From Reclinomonas americana ATCC 50394 (Eukaryota): DNA of 34,317 bases. The stretch covers positions 1-34,317 of the forward strand of contig PS015223.1 in NCBI GenBank assembly GCA_048213135.1, read 5' to 3'. Under the pieces are notes generated by a model. The model ran no database searches, had not been told where the DNA came from, and saw nothing but the letters and a program-made list of their open reading frames with translations. The position numbers and the translations under genes are program-made. Positions 1-10,771 of this stretch are shown piece by piece (the first letter of the stretch is position 1; each line of letters begins with the position of its first letter).

Positions 1-13
1 ACTGTGCGTGCAG

Positions 14-1686
14 CCTCTCGAACTGTGTCTTCTGCTGTTCCGCAACCGAACTACGCCCACCGCCCCTGAAGTTGTGCGCATGGCCAGTGATCCGTACGCT
101 GAGCAGTACGGCGGCAGCGGTGGTGGTGCCGGCCAGCTGAACAACGCCTCCGGCAGCGGAGTGACGCCTGGCGGCCCGATTGCGCTGGCCGACAACAACA
201 ACAACAGCGGAAGTGCCGCCGCGGCAGTGGCCATTGCAATGCAGCCAATGGCGGAGGGCGACCAGATGGCTCACCGTGTTCCGTCGGTCGTCCTCGGTCG
301 CGGTCCTCCGCAACTCCAGCCGGCGCTAAACATGCAGGCGGCCGGTGGCGTTGTGCTCCCGGGCTCCCCTGTGCAGAATCCGGTACGTTTTGCTCCAACA
401 CGTGGTCTTTGTAAGTTGATCGTGTGCTCACTCCGCTCTTGTCGTTGCATTCTCGCGTAGCCCGTGGCCGCCGATGGAAAGGTGTGTGTGTGTGTGTGTG
501 TGCAAAGAGAAACCCTCCTCCTTCCGATGCCCAGCGATCTCACATGCTGTCGCTGCACACAGGACATTGAGGCTAACGAGCAAGGCTACGTCAACGGAGC
601 TCGACGCATGTCGCCGTCGCAGTTGACGAGTCCATCCTCCGTGCAAGTTGCGTGAATGAGATGGCACTGGTGTTCTCGTCGACAGCAATTCACACTCATT
701 TATACACAGCCGGCGCTTGCCGACTCGGAATATGGTGCCGGTGACGCGGCATATGAAGAGAAAGTTGCGGCCACTGTCGTGTGTCGTCGCATGCTTTCCA
801 CGTACTAAATCTCTTGGTACAGATGCAACACCATGGCCGACAGCCGATTCCGCCCGCCAGCCCTCCATTGGCCAACCGCGCTCCGCCAAGAGTACGTCAC
901 TTGCATGCATTTGTTCCTCATTTTGCTCGTTCCTCATGAGGTGCTGGTGGTGGGCAGTTACAAGCTGCGCTCTCGGCGGCACCAATGGGCGAGGCGCGAG
1001 TGCACATGGAAAGCGTCACGGTGCGTCCTCCATGACCACTGTGTGTCGTTCGCCCATTATCTAACTTTGTGTGTTGTGTGCAGCATGACAATCCACACAT
1101 GGCGAGTTCCGCCGCTGCCCCGCCGCCACCCATTGAAGTGGGCGCCCTGCAGGGACCGTCGTTTGAGTACGACGACGATGTTTCGTGTGCAGCAGCCTCG
1201 CTAGTGCAATTCCCAGTCACTGGTTCTCATGATGATGGTGTGTATGCAGGGCGGTGACGAGCACGATGGCGACGGCGACGACGGTGATCTGTTTGCCAAT
1301 ATGCAAGGCGGCTTCCGTCCCCCCGTACCTCTTGGTCCCGCAACACCTGTCAACGCTGTCGCACCACCACCACCACCACCACAAAGACCGTCACCAGTTG
1401 CAGCGCCAGTGGAACAAGCGACACAAGACTTTGAGAGCAGTCCGGTGGCAGTGGTGCAGGCGCCTCCACCACGCGCACCACAGCTGGAATTCCTGGGCAC
1501 TGTTGCGTGCTGACTTGAACCCAATGCTGCTTCTCTCTCTCCCTCTGTCTGTCTATCCCGTCCTTATCATCAACGAACCAGGATTTTGAGGAGGGTGAGA
1601 ACGACAGCGACGATCTGTTCGCCGGCATCGAGGGTGGCTTCCGTGCACCGTCGGGTTTCAACACACCGCAAAATGTCGTCAGATGA
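14..1686 (+). CDS. 3' part of a multi-exon, low-complexity Pro/Ala/Gly/acidic protein of unknown function (9 visible exons; start probably upstream of the window)
   Basis: Acceptor gtgcag ends at 13. Donors at about 383, 482, 647, 764, 891, 1021, 1180 and 1502 join exons into one frame (PLELCLLLFRN...DDLFAGIEGGFRAPSGFNTPQNVVR) ending TGA 1684-1686. No recognisable domain. An ATG at 80 is an alternative start. Confidence 0.6.
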
Positions 1687-1994
1687 TGACGGTGCGTTGC
1701 TGTTTTTCCCTTTGCAAGTCACATTGCTCTCCTCCATTGGTAGCCTCATCTGCTCCTGTGCATTACAGAACTCCCCTGTATCNNNNNNNNNNNNNNNNNN
1801 NNNNNNNNNNNNNNNNNNNNNNNNNNNNNNNNNNNNNNNNNNNNNNNNNNNNNNNNNNNNNNNNNNNNNNNNNNNNNNNNNNNNNNNNNNNNNNNNNNNN
1901 NNNNNNNNNNNNNNNNNNNNNNNNNNNNNNNNNNNNNNNNNNNNNNNNNNNNNNNNNNNNNNNNNNNNNNNNNNNNNNNNNNNNNNNNNNNNNN

Positions 1995-4524
1995 GAATGT
2001 GCTCGGCAGCTTGGTGGCCGACGACGATGTCGACACGAGCAGCATGTCGACGGCAGAGATGGCGGCAGCCGCACTGCTGGCAATCGACTCCGAATCCAGA
2101 ATCGGCATGATAACTGGGTGGTTGCTGTCGGCGACCTTGATGGCCGTCGCAATCGTGTTGATCGACTGGTAAATGCGCAGTCGGTCGCCAGCGGCAAATG
2201 TCGAAGCGAAATTGTCTCCAATGCTCCACGCCAGCAGCGCGGGATGGTCCTTGTAGAGATTCACCACGCTGACCAAGAAGGCAACTTGCGCCGCCTCAGC
2301 ATCGCTGGACGCGCCATCTACGAAAAAAACGATCATCAACACAATGTCAGCATAACCGAAACGGGGTGCAAAAAGTTTGAAACGGACGCAACAAGTGAAG
2401 GGGTCGAAACGACCAGTGGCCTTTTCCGCCTGGAGCTTGAAGCCAACAATGGCGTTCATGCCGAGCTGGTACAAGTTGTCGAGGAACGGTGAGTTCAACT
2501 GGTCCAATCCATAGAGGTAGACCGTGTTGCCGCCAATCGAGCGCAGGAACTGCATGTCGGACTGCGTGACCACACTGGTGCCGCCGCGGATACGCATCTG
2601 GCGTGAACAGCGCGACAGAGTCCATCGCCGCCGCCCGTTGCCATCTTGCGCCACCTGCTGGGTGACTGTGGCCTTGGTGGTGCAGCCACCAGTCTGCGAA
2701 AAGAAAAAGAAGAAAAGGCGGCATGTCAGCAAGCAGTCCACACGAGCAAAGAAGAAGGAGAATGAAAGAGGATCTTTACGCAACGCAAGTGTCGGTAGCC
2801 ACGCAGCGCACGGTGCAGTCGCCCTTGAAACCAGCCGAGCAGGTGGACGAGTAGTAGGCATCAGCTGGACTTGGCTGCGCGACACCACCGGCCGAGGTGA
2901 TGGTGAAGGCCTTGTCGAGGAACACGCCGTTCTTGGTGTCAGCAGCGCGCAGGGTCACCAGCAGATTACCACTATATCGCGTGCCAATCATCAACTGGTT
3001 GCCGGACAAGAAGAAGGCATCGATCGGCTGTTGTGAGCGGATGGAGAAGGTGTGCGTGTCGCCGACATCGTCAATGGCAGAGATGTTGGCAGCCACCGCA
3101 CCCGACAGCGCGGCCGAGGCAATGGAAGTCGTCGACAACACAATGTCGCTCGGCGGGTTGTTAATGGGCAGCTGCAGAACCGTGTCCAGTGACTGACCAG
3201 TGCGGTCAGTGGCGCGGACGCGAATGCGCAGCGGCGTGCTGCGTCCACCAGCCACCGAGACGCCGGCTTTGGTTGACAGCACGCCAGTGGCGGAGGCCAG
3301 CGCAAAGTTGGCATTGTCGGTGTCGCCGGTGCCGGCAACCAGCGTGTAGTTGAATGTGTCGCCCACATTGAGGTCCAGCGCCTGCAGAGTGGCCACCACG
3401 GTGCTGCCAGAGAGCGGCAGAGCCAGTGGCAGCGGGGCCGAGGAGAGCGTCGGCACCACTCGGTACGGCGGCACCGGCACGCCGGGGTCGACCTTGACGG
3501 TGGTTGGCAGATCCGGCTGCACAACAAAACTCTTGTCGATGAACCGACTGGTCACCGAGTCGGTGGCGCGCAGCGAGAGGGTGATGGTCGGGTAAACACC
3601 GGCGGTTGGCGTCGGCACCGTGGCCATCACCAGCTGCGAGCCGCTGAGCGTGAAAATGCCAGCCGGCGACTGCGAGTTGATGAACAGCAGCGCCGTGTCG
3701 CCAACGTCGTCGGCCACCACCACGTTGCCGACAATCATGGTGGCAACCGGCGGCACGGTGTAGTACGGGTAATCGACGGCGATGTTGCTCGGGGCGTTGT
3801 TCACCGGCACTTCGAGGCGCACGTCAACGAACAGACCACTCGAATCTGTGGCGCGCACCATTGCAATCATGGGCGTGCGCTGCTGATTCGGGATGCCGGC
3901 CGGCACGACACGCAGTGTCGCAGTGCCAGAGATGTAAAAGTAGGCGTTGTCGCTGTCGGTGGCGTTGGCGCCGGTAGTCATCGAAAATGTCACCGTGTCC
4001 GCCGTGTTGGGGTCCGTGGCCGTCAGCGCACCAATCACGGTGTTACCAACAACCGGCAGGGCCAGCTTGCCGAGATAGTCGAAACGCAGCGTAATGTTGG
4101 TGGGCGGCATGGACGCTATGAAGGGGGTAAAGTGTGGTAAGCGATAATGGTGCAAAGACGCTCAAGAGGGTTGCAGGCAAACACACACACACACGCACCT
4201 TCCGCAATCGTCATGGTCTTCTCCACAAAGCGACCATTGATCTTATCGGTGGCTCGCACAGTGACGTTGAGGTTGTTGCCAGAGATGGTGGCCGAGTTCA
4301 CCAGCAGCTTGTCCACGTTCAGTGAAAAGGCTCCCGACGGCTGCATGGCCAGCAGCTCAAACTTGTGTGTGTCGCCAGCCGCGTCGACTGCCGACAGCGT
4401 GCCAATAGTGGCGCCGACTGTTGGTGGCAGTGCGTAGCGGTTGGACGTGATCACAATGTCTTGCGGCGCCATGTTGGCTGGTGGATGCACAAGCAGGAAT
4501 GAGTGAGCAGAGAGTGGGAGCAGC

Positions 4525-4575
<51 letters not shown>

Positions 4576-6718
4576 TGGTAGGAACGTAAACGTTGGACGA
4601 AGGAAGNNNNNNNNNNNNNNNNNNNNNNNNNNNNNNNNNNNNNNNNNNNNNNNNNNNNNNNNNNNNNNNNNNNNNNNNNNNNNNNNNNNNNNNNNNNNNN
4701 NNNNNNNNNNNNNNNNNNNNNNNNNNNNNNNNNNNNNNNNNNNNNNNNNNNNNNNNNNNNNNNNNNNNNNNNNNNNNNNNNNNNNNNNNNNNNNNNNNNN
4801 NNNNNNNNNNNNNNNNNCTTGTAGCGAGCGCGAGAAATTCGACGGAATGGTCGACGTGTTCTTCGTGTACAGGCCGTTGCCGGTGATGTTGAAGAAGGCG
4901 TTGTCGGTGTCGCCGGTGCCTGCCACCAGCGAGTATGTGAACTTGTCGACCATGTTCGGATCCGTGGTCGCCAGCGTGCCAATCAGTGTGCCATTCGCCA
5001 CCGGCAGCGGCAGCGGGTACGGGTCGGAGAGAATGGCCAGTGACATGCCAGTGGGCGCCACGTTGGTCTCCAGCAGCGCCAGATCCATGTCGAGCCACAG
5101 CTGACTGAACGTGTTGAGGGTGCGTACGCGCACCGTAACCGTTCCGGAAATGGGTGCGGCTCCAACGCGCAGCTGGTCGTTCTGTGTGCCGGCAAGTACA
5201 ACGGCATTGGCCGGCGTGCACGCCAAGATCGAGTACGTGTGGTTGCCGGGGCGGGTGTCGACCGTGGTCAGTGAGCCAATGAGGTCGCCAGCCGTGGAAG
5301 GGTAAGGGTACCGACTGTTGCTGAGAGTGATGTTGCTGGGTGGCACGGCCTCGAAGAAGGTGAACACGCGCTCCAGGTACATGCTGTTGCCGGGGTCCGT
5401 CACACGAAGGCGGATGGTCACGTCACCCGTGGGTGGCGTGTCAATCACCAGCGTGGAGTTGGAGACCTTGAACGCCCGCAGAGGCGTCTGTGAGGTGATG
5501 GTATACACACTCACATCTCCGGCATCGTCCGTGGAGGCAATGTTGGCCACCCACGCCCCGCTCACCGCCGGACTGCGGTAGAACGTGGTGTCGGCCTGAT
5601 CCACATGAAAGAGAGCAAGGGGGATGAGGGAGAGAGCCGTGAGTGAACAAGAACTGGAGGAGGAGGAAGAAGGAGGGCGGCCATACACACCTTGAGGTCG
5701 GAGGGCGAGTTGTTGACGGGAATCGTCACTGCCTTTTCCAGGAACAAGCCTGTCTGATCGGTGACGCGCAAGCGGATCTGCAGCGGTGGATTCTTAACAC
5801 TGAGATTCGGCAAGCCAGTGCCCGTGGCGGGCAAGTCCAGATTGCGCGTGTTGATCTTGAACAACCCATTGTCACGATCACCGTCACCGGCGACCAATGA
5901 GAAGGTAAAGGTGTCGGTAGGGTTCGGGTCACGAGCGTCAAGCGAGGCCACCGTGGAGCCGGCCGCGACCGGCAACGGCAGCGGCAGCGTGCTATTTGGT
6001 CGCGTGAAGATGAGCTGTGAAGGAGGTTGCGGAGCTGCGCCACGTGACAAATGAAGAGATACTTTTGCTTGAGCAAACAGGTAGAGGTAGGCGCACACTC
6101 TGCAAGTAGACGCAACGAGGCTGCTGATCACACTTGGGTCCCACCATGCCGTTGGTGCACTGGCAATTGTCGCCGGTGCGACCGGTGTGGCAGATGCACT
6201 TGCCGGTGTCGTCGCACTCGCCGAAACCACTGTGTGGAGGGAGCAGGCGTGAGAACAAAAGAAGGGGGATCGAAAACACGAGACAACTGCTGGCAGTGCC
6301 AACGAAACTTGCATGTCTCGACTGGGCGGCACTCGCAGCGTGTGCCGCCGAGGCCGGGAAAGCATGAGCACAGACCACCAACACACGTGCCGCCATTGTT
6401 GCAATCGGCGGCCGTCGTGCAAATGGGTGTGGCAGCATTGGTCTTGACGGCGGTCACTAGCGTACCATCTGCTCCCATCATGGCGGTGTCACCAGATAAG
6501 GGAGCGCTAGCGTTGAAGGCTCGCGCCATGGCGACTGCACAGCTGTGTGTCGTGAAGAAGAAAGAGTGNNNNNNNNNNNNNNNNNNNNNNNNNNNNNNNN
6601 NNNNNNNNNNNNNNNNNNNNNNNNNTTATCCAGCAACGCGCGCGCACACACAAACACACAGACACGCGATGAGGAGTGCGTGAGGTGAGCGAAATTTTGC
6701 AACGGTCACTTTTTTCAT
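1995..6718 (-). CDS. Large secreted or surface protein: putative signal peptide, EGF-like repeats, about 9 cadherin-like repeats, Cys-rich linker and GH2-like TIM-barrel domain (3' end lost in gap)
   Basis: Candidate ATG 6718 gives MKKVTVAKFRSPHALLIACLCAVAMARA. EGF-like segments CNNGGTCVGGLCSCFPGLGGTRC and CNGFGECDDTGKCICHTGRTGDNC lie at about 6120-6425. Repeats such as GTLATTDPNMVDKFTYSLVAGTGDTDNAFFNITG and VRATD..G span about 2890-6035. YKDHPALLAWSIG and IKVADSNHPV (about 2100-2260) match GH2/clan GH-A barrels. Confidence 0.8.
4529..4572 (+). repeat. (AG)n microsatellite in an intron of the cadherin-repeat gene
   Basis: About 22 perfect AG units next to an assembly gap. Confidence 0.95.
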
Positions 6719-7253
6719 TCCGCAAACTTTGCGGACACATGCACGCGCACGCGCGCACCGGCACGAATGTGATTGCGAGTGAGGTGTTGAGCTGATATGA
6801 GAGAGTGGGGGTGTGGGTGCGGCAGTCAAGGTGAGGCGAGTGGGGGAGAGAAAAATGACGAAAACAGCAGTCCTGTTTTGGCAATGCGATGTGAACATTT
6901 CGCAGAATCGTCACTTGCCAAACTCGAGCGTGCACGTCTGATCGCGATCGTGGCGAGGTGAGGTGGACAAAGAAGGGGAGGAGACTTCACTGGGCGACAG
7001 CAGAGTTGGTTTGCAGAGGATGAACTGCGGGACAAAACGGTGCATTGGATGGTGTACATCTCGAACGAAGTGCTGGTCGAGCAACTACAAGCGCACCGGG
7101 TCGCGCTGGCAGTGAGTGAGGAGGTTACGACAGTGACTCATCTTGCGGTGCAACACGACGCCTTGCTGTTCGTTTACTGAGAGCTGTTGTCCTCAATTGC
7201 TGGAGCGGGAAAAATCTCAAAGTGGATCGCAAGAAACGAGCCCAAGGAGTTCG

Positions 7254-8693
7254 TCATTGACATGCTGCACTGTGCTGCACGCGTGTGCCAGCATGTACGC
7301 ACTCGTCGTCTTCGCTGTCGCCACAGTGCGCGTGATAGTCGTCGACTGGTGCTGGATCCGGAAACGAACTGCATTCGAGGTCGTCGCAATCACTGTCGAC
7401 ATCTCCGGCGACCCATTCGCGATCGTCGAAATCGGCAAGCGTGGCGTACAACTGGTCAAGCTTGGCCTCACATTGGTGAAGCTCCTGCGTCACGCGTGTC
7501 AGCTCGATCGCCGACTCCTCGTCGTTGCGCGACTGCAGCACTTCCGCCTGCAAGCGGCGCTCGGCCACTCGCTGGAGGGTTTCCTCGATCCGCTCGCAGA
7601 GTGAATTGCGCTACGCAGGAGAGGGAGGGAGGGAGGAGGAGAGGGAGAGGGTAGGATTCGGACCATGTGCGGTCAGCCAACAGCAGTGGGCTGAAGGAGG
7701 TACCGATGCTGCCCAGCACAAACCTGCTGCGTCCTCATGCACTGCTGCAACTCGTACAGTTCGGCCTGCAGTTGATGCTCACGGGCGTCGGCCTCCAGCT
7801 GGTGCAGCAGCAGCTGTTCTTGCAAGTTGGTAACCATACGTCGCTCCCGTTCCTCTGCCTCGCGCAGCTGCTGCTTGCGTGCTTTGGCCTTTTGTCGCCA
7901 GACAAGCAGTCGGCGCTCTCGCTCGTGTTCACGCGCTTCGGTCTCCCGCAGCTGCGCCTCCAGCATGCGTATGCGCTGCAGTGCGGGTCAGTAGCACGAA
8001 TGGGCGCACAGTTGGGCGAATACAGTAGCACGTCCACTGTACCTCCTGCAAGCACGAAAAAACAAAAGTGAGATCGCTTGCGAAGAATCGCTTCGAATTC
8101 ATTTTGCTTCTCTGTACCTTCATATCCTCTGTGGCGGCGTCCATGATCAACTGCACACAAGCTTTCATGAGGCTTCATCATAGCGCACGTCACGACGCAG
8201 CGATCGCGACAACAAGCGCAAGTATTTCTGCTCTCTTTTTCCAGATCTCTCTCTGCGATCACTCACCGACTCCAGGAGGTCCTCCTGCATGCACACAGAG
8301 TAGGCCGTGTTAGAAGCAAACCAGTCGACACCGAGGATGGCGTAAGGAGGAGGCAAAGGAGGGGGAAGGAGAAACTCACACAAACGGGGGTCTACAGTAA
8401 AAACGCTGCGCACTTTCACCACCCACACTCACCGACACGGACGACTACACACACCGCGATCGGCAAAAAAAGTGTGTGTAAGTGCATGCGCACCAATGAG
8501 CAAGTAAATCGTCGTTTACACAAGAACGGCGGCTCGCCGTCGACATCGATTGCGGGCGATCGCGAAACGCATTTGTTGCGGTACAAACTGCTGCACTCAC
8601 ACGCACAAACAACAGTCAACGCACCATCCCGACTTCCGTGACGTCCATTTCACTGCCGTTCACTGCCTGCTCCCTGCAATTCTCGCTCCACAT
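7254..8693 (-). CDS. Hypothetical multi-exon coiled-coil protein with acidic C-terminal region
   Basis: Charged helical exons RIRMLEAQLRETEAREHERERR... (about 7722-7975) and RNSLCERIEETLQRVAERRLQAE... (about 7300-7610) are bounded by GT/AG sites. The start (ATG 8693) and last exon are uncertain. Confidence 0.5.
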
Positions 8694-9299
8694 TGTCTGC
8701 AAAAACAAATTTGATCGGAAAATTCTGTCGATCCGACAGTAAGGACGTCGTCGCACACTCTCGCTCCTTCTCCCATGCGCAGCTTGTAGCCGACGGCACG
8801 TACACACAAGCGCACCAGCGCACCACACTCGTTCTGGCACACATCGCCGACGTCGCGACAAAAAGGACGACGCATGGGACACAGCGATTGTCACGCAAAT
8901 CACACACACTTGCAGAATGGCCNNNNNNNNNNNNNNNNNNNNNNNNNNNNNNNNNNNNNNNNNNNNNNNNNNNNNNNNNNNNNNNNNNNNNNNNNNNNNN
9001 NNNNNNNNNNNNNNNNNNNNNNNNNNNNNNNNNNNNNNNNNNNNNNNNNNNNNNNNNNNNNNNNNNNNNNNNNNNNNNNNNNNNNNNNNNNNNNNNNNNN
9101 NNNNNNNNNNNNNNNNNNNNNNNNNNNNNNNNNNNNNNNNNNNNNNNNNNNNNNNNNNNNNNNNNNNNNNNNNNNNNNNNNNNNNNNNNNNNNNNNNNNN
9201 NNNNNNNNNNNNNNNNNNNNNNNNNNNNNNNNNNNNNNNNNNNNNNNNNNNNNNNNNNNNNNNNNNNNNNNNNNNNNNNNNNNNNNNNNNNNNNNNNNN

Positions 9300-9575
9300 G
9301 GAGGGAAGGAGGAGAGGAGAAGGAGAGACGAAGGAGAGGAGAAGGAGAGGAGAAGGAGAGGCGAAGGAGAGGAGAAGGAGAGGAGAAGGAGAGGAGAAGG
9401 AGAGGAGAAGGCGAGGAGAAGGCGAGGAGAACGAGAGGAGAACGAGAGGAGAACGAGAGGAGAAGGCGAGGAGAAGGAGAGGAGAAGGCGAGGAGAAGGA
9501 GAGGAGAAGGCGAGGAGAAGGAGAGGAGAAGGCGAGGAGAAGGAGAGGAGAGGGAGAGGAGAAGGAGAGAGGAAA
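9300..9575 (+). repeat. Tandem 11-bp purine repeat (GGAGAGGAGAA)n with variants; belongs to SF1 intron 1 once the contig is flipped
   Basis: Directly visible; it is the reverse complement of the repeat at 10529-10700. Confidence 0.95.
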
Positions 9576-9766
9576 GGCAGGGAGGGGAGGGTATGTCCAA
9601 CTTGTCGGTGAGCGATGTCGTTGTAAGGAAAAGGCTGAGCAGCGATGCTGAGTACGAGGCGATCCCAGCATTACATGCTGGTGCAGACGTGTGCATGCGT
9701 CTCTCTCCCCTCTTTTCTCTTCCCTCACTACCTCTCTCTCTCTCCCACCCCCTCGTTCCACGCAAC

Positions 9767-9878
9767 TCATAAACGCCTGCTGCGCCTCCTCCGTCATCCC
9801 ATACGGAATGTGCGGCGGCACTCCCGGAATCACAGTCTTCTGCTCCGGTCCCCAACGACGACGCCGCGCCTGTGACAT
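9767..9878 (-). CDS. SF1: Splicing factor 1 / branchpoint-binding protein, exon 1 (on an apparently inverted contig)
   Basis: MSQARRRRWGPEQKTVIPGVPPHIPYGMTEEAQQAFM matches the SF1 N-terminus (ULM 'RW' followed by KTVIPG.P..IP.G.T.EQ..A). The phase-1 donor at 9766 fits the phase-1 acceptor at 10771 (A+TC = Ile). Confidence 0.9.
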
Positions 9879-10528
9879 GTGCTCGCGACGAATGCGCTCC
9901 TTTTCTGCACACACACACATGCAAACACAAAGTAAGAGACAAAGAGAAGAAGAAGAGAAGACAGAGAATGCAGACACGAAACCTTCATCAATCGGCTTCT
10001 TCGNNNNNNNNNNNNNNNNNNNNNNNNNNNNNNNNNNNNNNNNNNNNNNNNNNNNNNNNNNNNNNNNNNNNNNNNNNNNNNNNNNNNNNNNNNNNNNNNN
10101 NNNNNNNNNNNNNNNNNNNNNNNNNNNNNNNNNNNNNNNNNNNNNNNNNNNNNNNNNNNNNNNNNNNNNNNNNNNNNNNNNNNNNNNNNNNNNNNNNNNN
10201 NNNNNNNNNNNNNNNNNNNNNNNNNNNNNNNNNNNNNNNNNNNNNNNNNNNNNNNNNNNNNNNNNNNNNNNNNNNNNNNNNNNNNNNNNNNNNNNNNNNN
10301 NNNNNNNNNNNNNNNNNNNNNNNNNNNNNNNNNNNNNNNNNNNNNNNNNNNNNNNNNNNNNNNNNNNNNNNNNNNNNNNNNNNNNNNNNNNNNNNNNNNN
10401 NNNNNNNNNNNNNNNNNNNNNNNNNNNNNNNNNNNNNNNNNNNNNNNNNNNNNNNNNNNNNNNNNNNNNNNNNNNNNNNNNNNNNNNNNNNNNNNNNNNN
10501 NNNNNNNNNNNNNNNNNNNNNNNNNNNN

Positions 10529-10700
10529 CCTTCCCTCCTTCTCCTCTCCTTCTCCTCTCCTTCTCCTCTCCTTCTCCTCTCCTTCTCCTCTCCTTCGTCT
10601 CTCCTTCTCCTCTCCTTCTCCTCTCCTTCTCCTCTCCTCTCCCTCCCTCCTCCCCTCTCCTTCTCCTCTCCTTCTCCTCTCCTTCTCCTCTCCTCCTCCC
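10529..10700 (+). repeat. Tandem 11-bp pyrimidine repeat (TTCTCCTCTCC)n in SF1 intron 1
   Basis: Directly visible. Confidence 0.95.
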
Positions 10701-10771
10701 GTCCCTTCCATCCTTCTCTCCCTTCCCTCTTCTGCGTCCCTCATCCCTTCGTCTCACCATTCTCGCTGCAG

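Noticed and set aside
2318-2392. Hydrophobic stretch (YADIVLMIVFFV) as a transmembrane helix in the GH2-like domain
   Set aside because: It is an in-frame 75-nt intron (T|GTTGCG...TTTTTTCGTAG) whose pyrimidine tract mimics a hydrophobic segment.
1995-6035. Bacterial contamination (bacterial-like cadherin, GH2 and also TerD domains)
   Set aside because: These genes contain spliceosomal introns of the host type, including the GTTGCG donor.
9300-10700. Inverted repeat pair suggesting transposon TIRs or a CRISPR-like array
   Set aside because: Simple repeat with no spacers and no transposase; the inversion is explained by contig orientation.
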